This document shows positions 39,514 through 53,500 of a stretch of DNA of 64,000 bases, piece by piece. The DNA is from Eledone cirrhosa. Lineage: Eukaryota. The DNA lies in the NCBI GenBank assembly GCA_964016885.1, contig OZ024748.1:24366001-24430000 (forward strand), given 5' to 3'. The stretch's first letter is position 1. Every line of letters starts with the position of its first letter. The position numbers were made by a program, and so were the translations under genes. The notes under the pieces were generated by a model that was not told the origin of the DNA, searched no databases, and saw only the letters and a list, made by a program, of their open reading frames with translations.

Positions 39514-41443
39514 ATTCATCTGAATTATTGAGCCCTCTGCCGCTCATATCGGATTTCGTTTTTCGTTAACTCGTGCGCCGATTTTTCGATACTCGATCTT
39601 TCTAATATATTTAGCTCTGGACATAGCTATCCACCAGTTAATTTTATTGCTCATATTTTGTCGATTCTATTGAGTGATGAATAGCTTTTGTTTTATTTTA
39701 ACATGTCTATTGAGCACTCTAATTCGATATGTGTATTTCCACATTCACTCGAATTATTTTCGCGGATATAGGGGTCATCTCCCTTGTCTAATGCCATGTG
39801 CGTTTTTCACCGCTAGTTGACTCCTTTGCCGCCAGGATAAAACTCGTTGACAACGTAAACTCCATTCCACTTATTCTAGTAGGCTTTTATATTTATATGT
39901 GAGCTGATAGAGTACTGTCTAAGGATTTACAGAAACCCATTAAGCTAGATTTAACACCTTTCTAGTGGGTCCGGGTATGATTTTACATTCATTTAAATTA
40001 TTGACGTATTGTTTTATTGATATTTTTTATCTGTTTGGCCCGAATCTTCCTTTATCGATTTTAAATCGTATGGTTGATTGTAGACTTGTTCTATATGTGA
40101 CGGTATTTTAACGATAGTTATAGCTCTGATTCATCTGAATTATTGAGCCCTCTGCCGCTCATATCGGATTTCGTTTTTCGTTAACTCGTGCGCCGATTTT
40201 TCGATACTCGATCTTTCTAATATATTTAGCTCTGGACATAGCTATCCACCAGTTAATTTTATTGCTCATATTTTGTCGATTCTATTGAGTGATGAATAGC
40301 TTTTGTTTTATTTTAACATGTCTATTGAGCACTCTAATTCGATATGTGTATTTCCACATTCACTCGAATTATTTTCGCGGATATAGGGGTCATCTCCCTT
40401 GTCTAATGCCATGTGCGTTTTTCACCGCTAGTTGACTCCTTTGCCGCCAGGATAAAACTCGTTGACAACGTAAACTCCATTCCACTTATTCTAGTAGGCT
40501 TTTATATTTATATGTGAGCTGATAGAGTACTGTCTAAGGATTTACAGAAACCCATTAAGCTAGATTTAACACCTTTCTAGTGGGTCCGGGTATGATTTTA
40601 CATTCATTTAAATTATTGACGTATTGTTTTATTGATATTTTTTATCTGTTTGGCCCGAATCTTCCTTTATCGATTTTAAATCGTATGGTTGATTGTAGAC
40701 TTGTTCTATATGTGACGGTATTTTAACGATAGTTATAGCTCTGATTCATCTGAATTATTGAGCCCTCTGCCGCTCATATCGGATTTCGTTTTTCGTTAAC
40801 TCGTGCGCCGATTTTTCGATACTCGATCTTTCTAATATATTTAGCTCTGGACATAGCTATCCACCAGTTAATTTTATTGCTCATATTTTGTCGATTCTAT
40901 TGAGTGATGAATAGCTTTTGTTTTATTTTAACATGTCTATTGAGCACTCTAATTCGATATGTGTATTTCCACATTCACTCGAATTATTTTCGCGGATATA
41001 GGGGTCATCTCCCTTGTCTAATGCCATGTGCGTTTTTCACCGCTAGTTGACTCCTTTGCCGCCAGGATAAAACTCGTTGACAACGTAAACTCCATTCCAC
41101 TTATTCTAGTAGGCTTTTATATTTATATGTGAGCTGATAGAGTACTGTCTAAGGATTTACAGAAACCCATTAAGCTAGATTTAACACCTTTCTAGTGGGT
41201 CCGGGTATGATTTTACATTCATTTAAATTATTGACGTATTGTTTTATTGATATTTTTTATCTGTTTGGCCCGAATCTTCCTTTATCGATTTTAAATCGTA
41301 TGGTTGATTGTAGACTTGTTCTATATGTGACGGTATTTTAACGATAGTTATAGCTCTGATTCATCTGAATTATTGAGCCCTCTGCCGCTCATATCGGATT
41401 TCGTTTTTCGTTAACTCGTGCGCCGATTTTTCGATACTCGATC

Positions 41444-41454
<11 letters not shown>
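39514..41454. repeat. 615-bp tandem repeat, about 3.15 copies, embedded in (TA)n
   Basis: The unit start attcatctgaattattgagccc occurs at 39514, 40129, 40744 and 41359. The copies look identical by eye. Confidence 0.95.
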
Positions 41455-41517
<63 letters not shown>

Positions 41518-41541
41518 ATATATATGTATATATATATGTAC

Positions 41542-41592
<51 letters not shown>

Positions 41593-41618
41593 TGTATATA
41601 TATATATGTATATATATG

Positions 41619-41709
<91 letters not shown>

Positions 41710-41864
41710 GCTCTACATGGCTGAATACGATAAATGTAATCAGAGTTTTTCGAATATTAAAAATAATATTCGATCCGTTTGCAATTATGCAAACAAGCCT
41801 CATTTTTAAAGCCATGTCAGTAGAATGAGCCCCTCATTCTTGCTCTTGTGTTGGCATGTAAACA

Positions 41865-41914
41865 GAACTGCAGATACTAATATTTCTGGGTATTACCCCT
41901 CATCAGTACAGTTC
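41865..41914 (-). ncRNA. compact type-I hammerhead at the apex of a ~310-nt hairpin (41734-42044)
   Basis: gaacugua-CUGAUGA-g-gggu-aau-accc-a-GAAAU-auuagu-AUC-ugcaguuc. Stem I continues into ~130-bp inverted arms. Confidence 0.7.
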
Positions 41915-42055
41915 ACTGTTCACATGCCAGCACAGGAACAAGAATGAGGGGTTCATTCTAATGACATGGCTTTAAAAATGAGGCTAGTTTGCAAAATTAC
42001 AAACGGATCGAATATTGTTAATATTCGAAAAATTCAGATTACAATTATGTGTGTG

Positions 42056-42132
<77 letters not shown>

Positions 42133-42332
42133 ACATTTAACTAGGTGGATTCCGGATGTATATCTAGAGGTGACCACAATTCAAAAAAGGTACTCAATAC
42201 GTTAATAGAGTATAGGTATATTATAGAAATTACTTTACATGACTAGAACTGTTTTATTCGTAATAAATCATCATGATTTCTGACGAATGAAACAGTTCTA
42301 GTCCTGTAGAAGTCATTTCTATAATAAAATGA

Positions 42333-42364
<32 letters not shown>

Positions 42365-42372
<8 letters not shown>

Positions 42373-42526
42373 ATTTAAAACTGAACTATCCACAAGTGTT
42401 TTTTAACCTTCATATCATGTCTTCATGTTTTATCTGATGAAAACACAAATATTATTGCATGATGATATTTGTTTTTGAAATGCGCATAATAAAATACATG
42501 GAACTCTTTTAACCATCTTTTGTTCT

Positions 42527-42600
<74 letters not shown>

Positions 42601-42740
42601 AGATCAAAAGATGGTTAAAAGAGTTCCATGTATTTTATTATGCGCATTTCAAAAACAAATATGGCAAAGATGACATTTGCGTTTTCGTCAGATAAAATAG
42701 GGATACATGATATGAAGGTTAAAAAACACTTGTGAAGTGA
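42365..42740. mobile_element. two tail-to-tail copies of the 18925-19258 hammerhead mini-element family, separated by (TA)n
   Basis: Plus-strand hammerhead at 42426-42496 and minus-strand hammerhead at 42631-42699, both highly similar to 19152-19222. Confidence 0.8.
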
Positions 42741-42759
42741 ATATATATATGTGTGTGTA

Positions 42760-42858
<99 letters not shown>

Positions 42859-43282
42859 GTGTGTGTGTGTGTGCGTGTGTGTAGGTGTGTGTGTTTATGT
42901 GTGTGTATGAAACGTACACTATACACCGTTAGCACCACTACTACTGCCACCTATACCATCGCCATCATCATCAACACCAACCATCACCACCCTCACCACT
43001 ACCACCACCACCACCACCCTCCTCACCACCACCACCATCGCCGTCTAATCTCAATAGTTGTCAGTATACGTAACATATATTATGCACTAATGAAGAAGTG
43101 GCGGGGGGAGACTAGTACAGATGAGTTACACTAGTTGTGTGGAGATACAACAAACAACCAAACTAATAAACTCACTAGTTGCGTACGTAATTGACTGTCG
43201 TATAGATGTTTACAAACGAATCGATTGATTATTATTCGATATAAATCATACGTACATATGTATATATGCGTGTGTATGTGTG

Positions 43283-43343
<61 letters not shown>

Positions 43344-43408
43344 GTGTGTGTGTGTGTGTATACGTGTGGATTTTGACATTTGTAAATATATATATATGTA
43401 TGTGTGTG

Positions 43409-43493
<85 letters not shown>

Positions 43494-43528
43494 ATATATA
43501 TATATATATATGTGTATATATATATGTG

Positions 43529-43581
<53 letters not shown>

Positions 43582-43631
43582 ATATATATATATATATGTA
43601 TGTGTGCGTATATATATATATATATGTGTGC

Positions 43632-43677
<46 letters not shown>

Positions 43678-43726
43678 ATATATATATATATGTATGTGTG
43701 CGTATATATATATATATATGTGTGCG

Positions 43727-43769
<43 letters not shown>

Positions 43770-43793
43770 ATATATATATATATGTATGTGTGC

Positions 43794-43845
<52 letters not shown>

Positions 43846-43878
43846 ATATATATATATATATACACACACATACATATA

Positions 43879-43945
<67 letters not shown>

Positions 43946-44599
43946 TATCTTTTTAATGAAGTGGGAAAGGTAGGCCTTGACTGAATTCTTTGAACATATT
44001 CCCAAATTCTTAAAAATGATTTTGAAAAAAAAAAAAAATTGAAATGTTTAATTAAATTTTCAGAATTAGTTTATAAAGACGAATATTTCTGAAAATGAAA
44101 CTTTTTTCTATGCTTTGTTGTAATCGTGACACGCTGGAGAAATAATGAAAATTTCACTGCTGATTTATAGAGAATACTTGCACAAGTTTTACTTGAAATT
44201 CTTAGCTGCAAGTTTGCCATGAAATCTAATGCAATTATACTGAAATATTTTCTTTGTAATTGCTCCAGCTTGTTTTTTCTTTTAAAATTTAGGTTAATAA
44301 AATACGTGATTTTTTACACAATTGCAGTTCATTACATAATGGCGAACCCCCTTCATTGAAGAGCCGTATAGCTGAATATAAACGTAGTATAATCCTTTTT
44401 GAAAACATAACCTTTTTTTTTCGTAGTAATGTCATCCAGGGCGAAAAAAAAAAAAAATACATTTTAATATTTTTTCCCTTTCTATTCCCAAAAGGCGGAA
44501 GGGACACTGCCCTTTGTTTTTCAAGTTCTTCTGAAGAAGGTTGAATCAATGTTTAGATTGAACAACTGTGGGTGGAGAAGGGGGAAGCTTTATATGTGT

Positions 44600-44870
44600 T
44601 GGGTGTTGGACCTCTGTCGGCCCCGACGATGAGTGTTCTAGATGTTTGATCAACAAGATAGCTTGTGCGTGAATTTAACGTGCAAGTGGCTGAGCATTCA
44701 GAAGACATGTATGCCCTTAACGTGAAATTCAGGGAGATTCAGTGGCTCCTTGAATTACAGGTACAACTCATTTTTGTCAGCTGAGTGAACTTGAGTAATG
44801 TGAAATGAAGTGTCTTGTCCAATGACACAATACACCACTAGGAATCCTAATCACTAATTCACATGCTTCA
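44600..44870 (-). mobile_element. decayed SINE
   Basis: Homologous to 30658-31120. Confidence 0.6.
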
Positions 44871-44873
44871 CAT

Positions 44874-47457
44874 TTGCGTCTCGTACAACCGACAAGGCAT
44901 CCTGAATTTCGGCTGAAGTTATCGGCTTTTCGCAGCGCTCAGCGTCGGCCGTCAAGAGGCGCGCCAAGCCGTCGGGGTAGGTACTGAAATCTGCTACCGC
45001 CTCTGACCCGCCACTCCCCCGAACAACTGAGAAAAGTGCTGGCGAAAGGCCTCACACATCCGCCTGGAATCGCTCAGCTCCTGTCCGTCTCGGTCCGCCA
45101 AAGACTGAATTGTGGGTTTTAATACCACGCTGCGCCTCTACCATGCGGGCCCATCGAACAGCTTTGGTTCCCTCGTTTTTAAGAGCCCGTGCCTTAGCTC
45201 TGACAATGCAACCTTCGTGTTCAAGGAATGGTCTAATGCCATTCTTGCCGTTAGCACGTCAGTTGCAATGCTACTACAAATAGCCTCGTCTAACTTAGCT
45301 ACCAGCTCCATCTCCTTTCTACTTTTCTTTAGCGCTACTTCTTTGCTAAACCCTATCGAAATGAATATAATCTCTTTCTTGATAGTCCCCACCCCACCAC
45401 CATTTGCTGTTGACCCCCCCCCCGTCAACTTTTGCTAAACTAAATTGTTGACCCGGTCCCGGTCCCTGTAAGCCTTACGTGCCGGAAACGACATGTTCAG
45501 CTTCCAGTAACCAGGTCCTATCCTACGCGTCTTCTCTAGGTCGACCATACAGATCACAAACTTGTGATCTGAATAGGCGACTGTTTTAAAACGTGGACAG
45601 CCTACACTATTTCTATCTATTTTGCTAATGAAAATCCTGTCTATATACGATCTAGATGACCCTATGCGGTTGGTCCAGGTTCACACTGGAGCATTAGGGA
45701 AATCTAGTCGATACCTCTCAGACAGTTGGAACTGGCTGATCAGGTACTTGAGGCTTTTGCAACCCCGCTCCTATCGGATACTCCCACACAGTGACAGCAT
45801 GCGTCTAAGATGCCGTTTCAGTCCCCCACTAACAGTAAAGGACGAGACGTGCCCAGAAAGGCTTCCAGGCGTCTAAAGAAGTCCGGCCGTCCTGCCCCGG
45901 TAGAGGTGTAGACGGCCACCAGTCTAAAGGCACCACCTCCGCTATTGTTCACATCCAGGACCACCAACTTACCATCCGGGTCCCGAAAGACCGACCTTAC
46001 CTCGAGATCCAGGCCTTTCCTAAACAGCACTGCCACCCCACCTTTCATTCCGGGCCGACTAACAGATGCGAAGATCTGATAGTCGTAAAAAATGGGGGCT
46101 AGTGCGCGTGTGTCGGAAATCCTGGTAATGCTGTCGGCAATTACATCCATTTCTAGAGACCTCAGATCGTTGATCAGGTGACCCTGCTTCTAGGGCAACT
46201 CCAGGTCTCGAACATTTAACCTTCCTACTCTTCATATGGCCATGTTGGCAGGCTAAAAGAGAGAGGAAAAGTTTACTTACCTCCCAGGTTCTTGTGAAAG
46301 TCGGATGGTTCGACCTCCATAGTTGGTGGAGTTTCTTTTGGGAACTTCTTTAAAAGTCTGGATGTGGGTCTTACGTTCGGGGTACCCACATCTCGAGGAA
46401 AGCTCTCTCCAATTCCTTTGTAGGAACCGAGCGACATTCGCACCAGAAACAAATCTTCTGCCACGCGAAATGTGCTCGATTTAAAAATCTTCCCTGTTTA
46501 AATTTGTTTACTTCGTACTACGAGGGCCATCAATTCCTTGTTGGCCCTTTTGACAAGCACGAAGTTTTGTATGTTTTGTTGGTGCGATTTTATTTGTTTG
46601 CGTGACTGTGGAGGTGATGGTTTCAGATGTTTGTGTGTGTATTTGTTCTTTTATCTGTTTAGGTTGTTTGCGTTTGGGGGATTCTGGTGATAGTGTTAGT
46701 GGTGTTGATGTTGTTGGGGAGATGCCAATAATAATATCACGTATCCCAGGAGCCACCCCATGTCAAGTCCTGGTGGAATCATAGGAATGCGAACATGAGC
46801 CATTCGTTTTTCCATGTGAGAAGGGTACATAATGACCTTGCTGGTTTTGCAAGGGATCATTGTATGCTTTATAGCAAGGGCTTCTGACTTAAACAGCACC
46901 GAAATGGTGTCGTATTGTCTTCCCTTCACTATGTATTCGGTGTCATCCCTGATGCACCCCAGCGCGGCTTCAATATCTGCATGGGCAATTAAAGTCGCCC
47001 TCTTTGTTTCTGCTGAGATACATCTGAAATGTACCGTTCTACGCTCCACTGCTTCAATGGCTTCTGCCGGGACAGTTAAGTTGGCCCAGGTTTGCTCTTG
47101 GTTAATGAGCTTCCATACCTAGGCCAACTTTTCATCTTTATTCGTGAAATCCATGCTGAAGCATGGCCTCTTTTTGGCTGTTACCGCAGCGAAAGTGTTC
47201 TTGTTGTCGCTGCAGTTGGTTTTATCTTTGGTGTCGCTGTTTTTTTTTTTGTTGTTTTTCGATAATTTTTTAAAATACAAAAAGTTCAAATATTTGGACC
47301 AAAAGGCCCAAATATTATAGCGTCTCCCCTTCACATGGCACAGAAAGAAGTCTTACGACCCCTTAGCAACAAAAATTAACAAGTACAAATTAAGAAAACA
47401 ATTCAAATTCAGTAACTCACGGAGCTTCCAAATACACGTCTACTCTTGCTGACGACC
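44874..47457 (-). mobile_element. decayed copy of the Tx1-like LINE (5' UTR, internally deleted ORF1, EN part of ORF2; 3'-truncated)
   Basis: Collinear similarity to positions ~1880-5344, with multiple stops and frameshifts. About 600 bp of ORF1, including the zinc knuckle, are missing near 46730. Confidence 0.92.
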
Positions 47458-47685
47458 AATAATAATGATTTCTAGTATAGGCACAAGGCCAGCAATTTTG
47501 GGGGAGGGGAAAGTCGATTAAATCGACCCAGTACGTTACTGGTGCTTTATTTTATCGACCCCGTAAGGATGAAAGGCAAAGTTAACCTCGGCGAGATTTG
47601 AACTCAGATCATAAAGGACTGCAACTCTATGCTGCAAAGCATGGTGGTGGCCGACTCTCTACCGATACTGCCAATCTACCGCCCT
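47458..47685 (-). mobile_element. SINE of the main family
   Basis: Full-length match to the family (tail, core, B box and A box). Confidence 0.85.
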
Positions 47686-49771
47686 AACCAATGATAATAA
47701 TAATAATAAAGTACCAGTATCAGTTCAGGGTCTTGTTTGACAACTAAAGGATTCGGTTTTCCTTGACTCTACATTAGATTTACCTCTGATAAAACTAATT
47801 TTCTCAAACAATTTCATTAGTGATCGCATTGTTTATCAAACCGAATCTGTTAATTGTATTTGAGATAAACTTTTCTAGCCTCATCAGAGTCACTAATCTT
47901 TTCATATTGAAATGGTAATTTTATCATTAATTGATAACAATTAACGAGCGTCTCTTCAAATCAATTTCATCCATCGTATGTGCATGCTTTCTCTAATGAC
48001 ACAGACATCAGTAGAACCTCATTTCATACCTTCTCTTATAGAATTGTTGGATGACTTGTGAAAGAAATCAAAATCATTGGTGTCCTCACCGCCGCCACCA
48101 CCACTATCATCATTGCGTCATACTAGTTCCACCACCACCACCACCACCACTGGAATTTTTAAACATCATCATAATCATCATCCTCACGATCCCACTATCA
48201 CCACCATTAACAACAACACAAACATACTCATCAACTCGCCCTTCTTCCGAAGAACGCCGAAAGAAACAACAAAACAATGAGAAAAACAACAAAAAAGGCA
48301 GCAATAACAGTAACAACAATAACAATACACACACGCGCAAACAAATAAACATGTCCTCCACCCCCAACCCAAGTAAAGAACGTCGAGAGCCTGAGGTGCC
48401 TATAGTAAAACATCAAATACATATTTACAAAAAACAATAACCAAAACAAAAACAATATGCAAACTTTGTGCATCGACCCCCACACCTCCCAGGACAGGTC
48501 GCAGGCCAATCGCAAGGTTTTACACCATGAGATGGAGACTGCACTATATTTTTCGAACAGGCTACTCTACCAAAGTCATGGACGCGTCCCTTGTTAACCC
48601 GTGTGAAGGATGATGCGATATGATTGTTTTTGTTGCCTCCAACCACACTGCAATGTTTTTATGGTCTTATTCGCGTCAGTCTCCAATTTGGTACCTTTTT
48701 TTTTTACGTGTTTAACGACTCTGCCTGCCCCCTAATCCTCCAGGAATAAATGGCCGAAGACGACAAAGTAGAAAAAAAACACAGTAAAAAGAAATGGTGG
48801 GTTGTTTCCTGTAACTCCTCTAGAAGGCGGCACGAGATAGAGTTTGGGGCATCATGACGCCAAAAGTTTATAAACGTTTACTGTTGACATCCGGTTTTTC
48901 AAAATAAAAGCTGTTTATGGAAACTGCACAAGACCGGTAACAAAAAAGAAGCAGAAATACTCGATTGTTCCGGATATATGTAAGTGGTAGTTTCCACATA
49001 TTCTCCGTTTATTGGCATGTTCCACTTAATACGTCGGCATGGAGAGACTCTAAAGCAGATGTGTGCGTGACCTAGGAGTGGCTGGAAGACAAGCCACTTG
49101 CTTTACAATGACTGCAACTCTCAGTTCATTAGATTTATATGGAAGAGTGAGAGAGGTAACAGTGAGAGTAGGATTGCCAGTACCAGTGTACTAGCGTTCC
49201 TTCTTGTACACTAGAGACAGAGAAAGGAGTAGAGAGAGAGAAGGAGAGAGAGGGAAGGTGAGAGAGAGAAAAGGAGAGAAAAGAGAGGGAAGGTCAGAGA
49301 GTGATAAAAAGAGAGAAACAGAGATAGAGGGAGTTAGAATTAGTGTTAGAGTACCAGTGTACTGGCGTTCCTTCTTGTCCACTAGAGAGAGAGGGGGGGA
49401 CAATAGAGAGATGGGGAGAGATAGGGGGTAGAGAGAGAAGGGGAGAAAGACACAGAGAAAGAGTAATTTTTATGCTCGTATTGCATGAGTTATAGAGAAA
49501 AAAATATCACTCAGCAATTACGAAAGAAAAATGTATAGAAATTGCAGATCAGTGAAATCCTTGGATCCATTGAAACTCCTCAGCCGTGTTCAAACTACAA
49601 AATAATCCGAGAAATCACTATCTAACCTTTATCTAACACATACTTTAACTGTTAAGGATTTAGCAGAACATATCTGAAAAACAACAACAAAAACATGCAT
49701 TGTTAATTCAGTTGTTTATAGTATCTAGGGAAATTCGTGTTTTCTGACATGTTTACATGCCTACATATTAG

Positions 49772-49846
<75 letters not shown>

Positions 49847-50092
49847 CATTGGTGCAGTCTCAGTTACACACAGTATTTATACATATATGATTTGATTATA
49901 CACACGCACACACACGCACACACACACACACACACGCACACATATATTTATATACATACTTACATAAATACATATATAGGCTTATATACATAAATTATAT
50001 AATATAATGTTTATATATATAACATATGTGCCTCTCTCTCTATATATATATACAGACATATATAAATACTTCTCTATATAAATATATATATA

Positions 50093-50168
<76 letters not shown>

Positions 50169-50545
50169 GTTTTGTGTGGGATGTGTTGTGCTTGTGAGTG
50201 TTTACGTTTAGTTGAATCTGGTTATAGTCACACCCAAGGATATGTTTTCCAAGAAATGTGATTCTACACATCCTATAATTTTTGCTTTATCATATAATAA
50301 TAATTTCTTTTGAGACGGATAAAGGCTAGGTTTCAATACATTCTATCGACCTTGACTTCATTCTAGCCAATGGACTATACCAAAAAAACTAGTTTTGATC
50401 TGAGTCAATCGTCTGTACCTAAACCTTAACCTCGTCTCTGCACAATAGACTGTTTTTCAATCTCTCTTTTGATCTTTGACGCTAATAGAGTTAAGTTAAA
50501 ACTTATCCTTGAGCCTTAAAGTCGCTCGATGCTATCTAAAACGTA

Positions 50546-53500
50546 ACTTGATCCTTGTCGGTCAACTATCTACAATACTTGACTTGATCCTTGTTGTCAG
50601 TCAACTATCTACAATACTTGACTTGATCCTTGTTGCCAGTCAACTATCTACAATACTTGACTTGATCCTGGTTGTCAGTCAACTATCTACAATACTTGAC
50701 TTGATCCTTGTTGTCAGTCAACTATCTACAATACTTGACTTGATCCTGGTTGCCAGTCAACTATCTACAATACTTGACTTGATCCTTGTTGCCAGTCAAC
50801 TATCTACAATACTTAACTTTATTCTTGTTGTCAGTCAACTATCTACAATACTTGACTTGATCCTTGTTGCCAGTCAACTATCTACAATAATTGACTTGAT
50901 CCTTGTTGTCAGTCAACTATCTACAATAATTGACTTGATCCTTGTTGCCAGTCAACTATCTACAATAATTGACTTGATCCTTGTTGTCAGTCGACTATCT
51001 ACAATACTTGACTTGATCCTTGTTGCCAGTCAACTATCTACAATAATTGACTTGATCCTTGTTGTCAGTCAACTATCTACAATAATTGACTTGATCCTTG
51101 TTGCCAGTCAACTATCTACAATAATTGACTTGATCCTTGTTGTCAGTCAACTATCTACAATACTTGACTTGATCCTTGTTGCCAGTCAACTATCTACAAT
51201 AATTGACTTGATCCTTGTTGTCAGTCAACTATCTACAATAATTGACTTGATCCTTGTTGTCAGTCAACTATCTACAATACTTGACTTGATCCTTGTTTTC
51301 AGTCAACTATCTACAATAATTGACTTGATCCTTGTTGCCAGTCAACTATCTACAATGCTTGACTTGATCCTTGTTGCCAGTCAACTATCTACAATACTTG
51401 ACTTGATCCTTGTTTTCAGTCAACTATCTACAATAATTGACTTGATCCTTGTTGTCAGTCAACTATCTACAAAACTTAACTTTATCCTTGTTGTCAGTCA
51501 ACTATCTACAATACTTGACTTGATCCTTGTTGCCAGTCAACTATCTACAATAATTGACTTGATTCTTGTTGCCAGTCAACTATCTACAATACTTGACTTG
51601 ATCCTTGTTGCCAGTCAACTATCTACAATACTTGACTTGATCCTTGTTTTCAGTCAACTATCTACAATAATTGACTTGATCCTTGTTGTCAGTCAACTAT
51701 CTACAATACTAAACTTTATCCTCGTTGTCAGTCAACTATCTACAATACTTGACTTGATCCTTGTTGTCAGTCAACTATCTACAATACTTGACTTGATCCT
51801 TGTTGCCAGTCAACTATCTACAATGATTGACTTGATCCTTGTTGTCAGTCAACTATCTACAATACTTAACTTTATCCTTGTTGTCAGTCAACTATCTACA
51901 ATACTTGACTTGAGCCTTGTTGCCAGTCAACTATCTACAATAATTGACTTGATCCTTGTTGTCAGTCAACTATCTACAATACTTGACTTGATCCTTGTTG
52001 TCAGTCAACTATCTACAATGCTTGACTTATCCTTGTTGCCAGTCAACTATCTACAATACTTGACTTAATCTTTGTTGCCAGTCAACTATCTACAATAATT
52101 GACTTGATCCTTGTTTTCAGTCAACTATCTACAATAATTGACTTGATCCTTGTTGTCAGTCAACTATCTACAATACTTGACTTGATCCTTGTTGCCAGTC
52201 AACTATCTACAATACTTGACTTGATCCTTGTTGTCAGTCAACTATCTACAATAATTGAGTTGATCCTTGTTGTCAGTCAACTATCTACAATACTTTACTT
52301 GATCCATGTTGTCAGTCAACTATCTACAATACTTAAATTTATCCTTGTTGTCAGTCAACTATCTACAATACTTGACTTTATCCTTGTTGTCAGTCAACTA
52401 TCTACAATACTTAACTTTATCCTTGTTGTCAGTCAACTATCTACAATACTTGACTTGATCCTTGTTGTCAGTCAACTATCTACAATACTTGACTTGATCC
52501 TTGTTGCCAGTCAACTATCTACAATACTTGACTTGATCCTTGTTGTCAGTCAACTATCTACAATACTTGACTTGATCCTTGTTGTCAGTCAACTATCTAC
52601 AATACTTGACTTGATCCTTGTTGTCAGTCAACTATCTACAATACTTGACTTGATCCTTGTTGCCAGTCAACTATCTACAATACTTGACTTTATCCTTGTT
52701 GCCAGTCAACTATCTACAATACTTGACTTTTCCTTGTTGTCAGTCAACTATCTACAATAATTGACTTGATCCTTGTTTTCAGTCAACTATCTACAATACT
52801 TGACTTGATCCTTGTTTTCAGTCAACTATCTACAATAATTGACTTCATCCTTGTTGTCAGCCAACTAACTACAATACTTGACTTGATCCTTGTTGTCAGT
52901 CAACTATCTACAATACTTGACTTGATCCTGGTTGCCAGTCAACTATCTACAATACTTGACTTGATCCTTGTTGTCAGTCAACTATCTACAATACTTGACT
53001 TGATCCTGGTTGCCAGTCAACTATCTACAATATTTTACTTGATCATTGTTGTCAGTCAACTATCTAAATTACTTGACTTTATCCTTGTTGCCAGTCAACT
53101 ATCTACAATACTTGACTTGATCCTTGTTGTCAGTCAACTATCTACAATACTTGACTTGATCCTGGTTGCCAGTCAACTATCTACAATACTTGACTTGATC
53201 CTTGTTGTCAGTCAACTATCTACAATACTTGACTTGATGCTGGTTGTCAGTCAACTATCTACAATACTTGACTTGATCCTTGTTGTCAGTCAACTATCTA
53301 CATTACTTGACTTTATCCTTGTTGCCAGCCAACTATCTACAATACTTGACTTGATCCTTGTTGTCAGTCAACTATCTACAATACTTGACTTGATCCTGGT
53401 TGCCAGTCAACTATCTACAATACTTGACATGATCCTGGTTGTCAGTCAACTATCTACAATACTTGACTTGATCCTTGTTTTCAGTCAACTATCTACAATA

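Noticed and set aside
39900-39950. Possible hammerhead in the 615-bp unit (ctgataga...cagaaac)
   Set aside because: The core does not fit CUGANGA, and stems I and III cannot be formed convincingly.
44289-44549. Possible host exon
   Set aside because: No recognisable protein motif or consistent splice signals.
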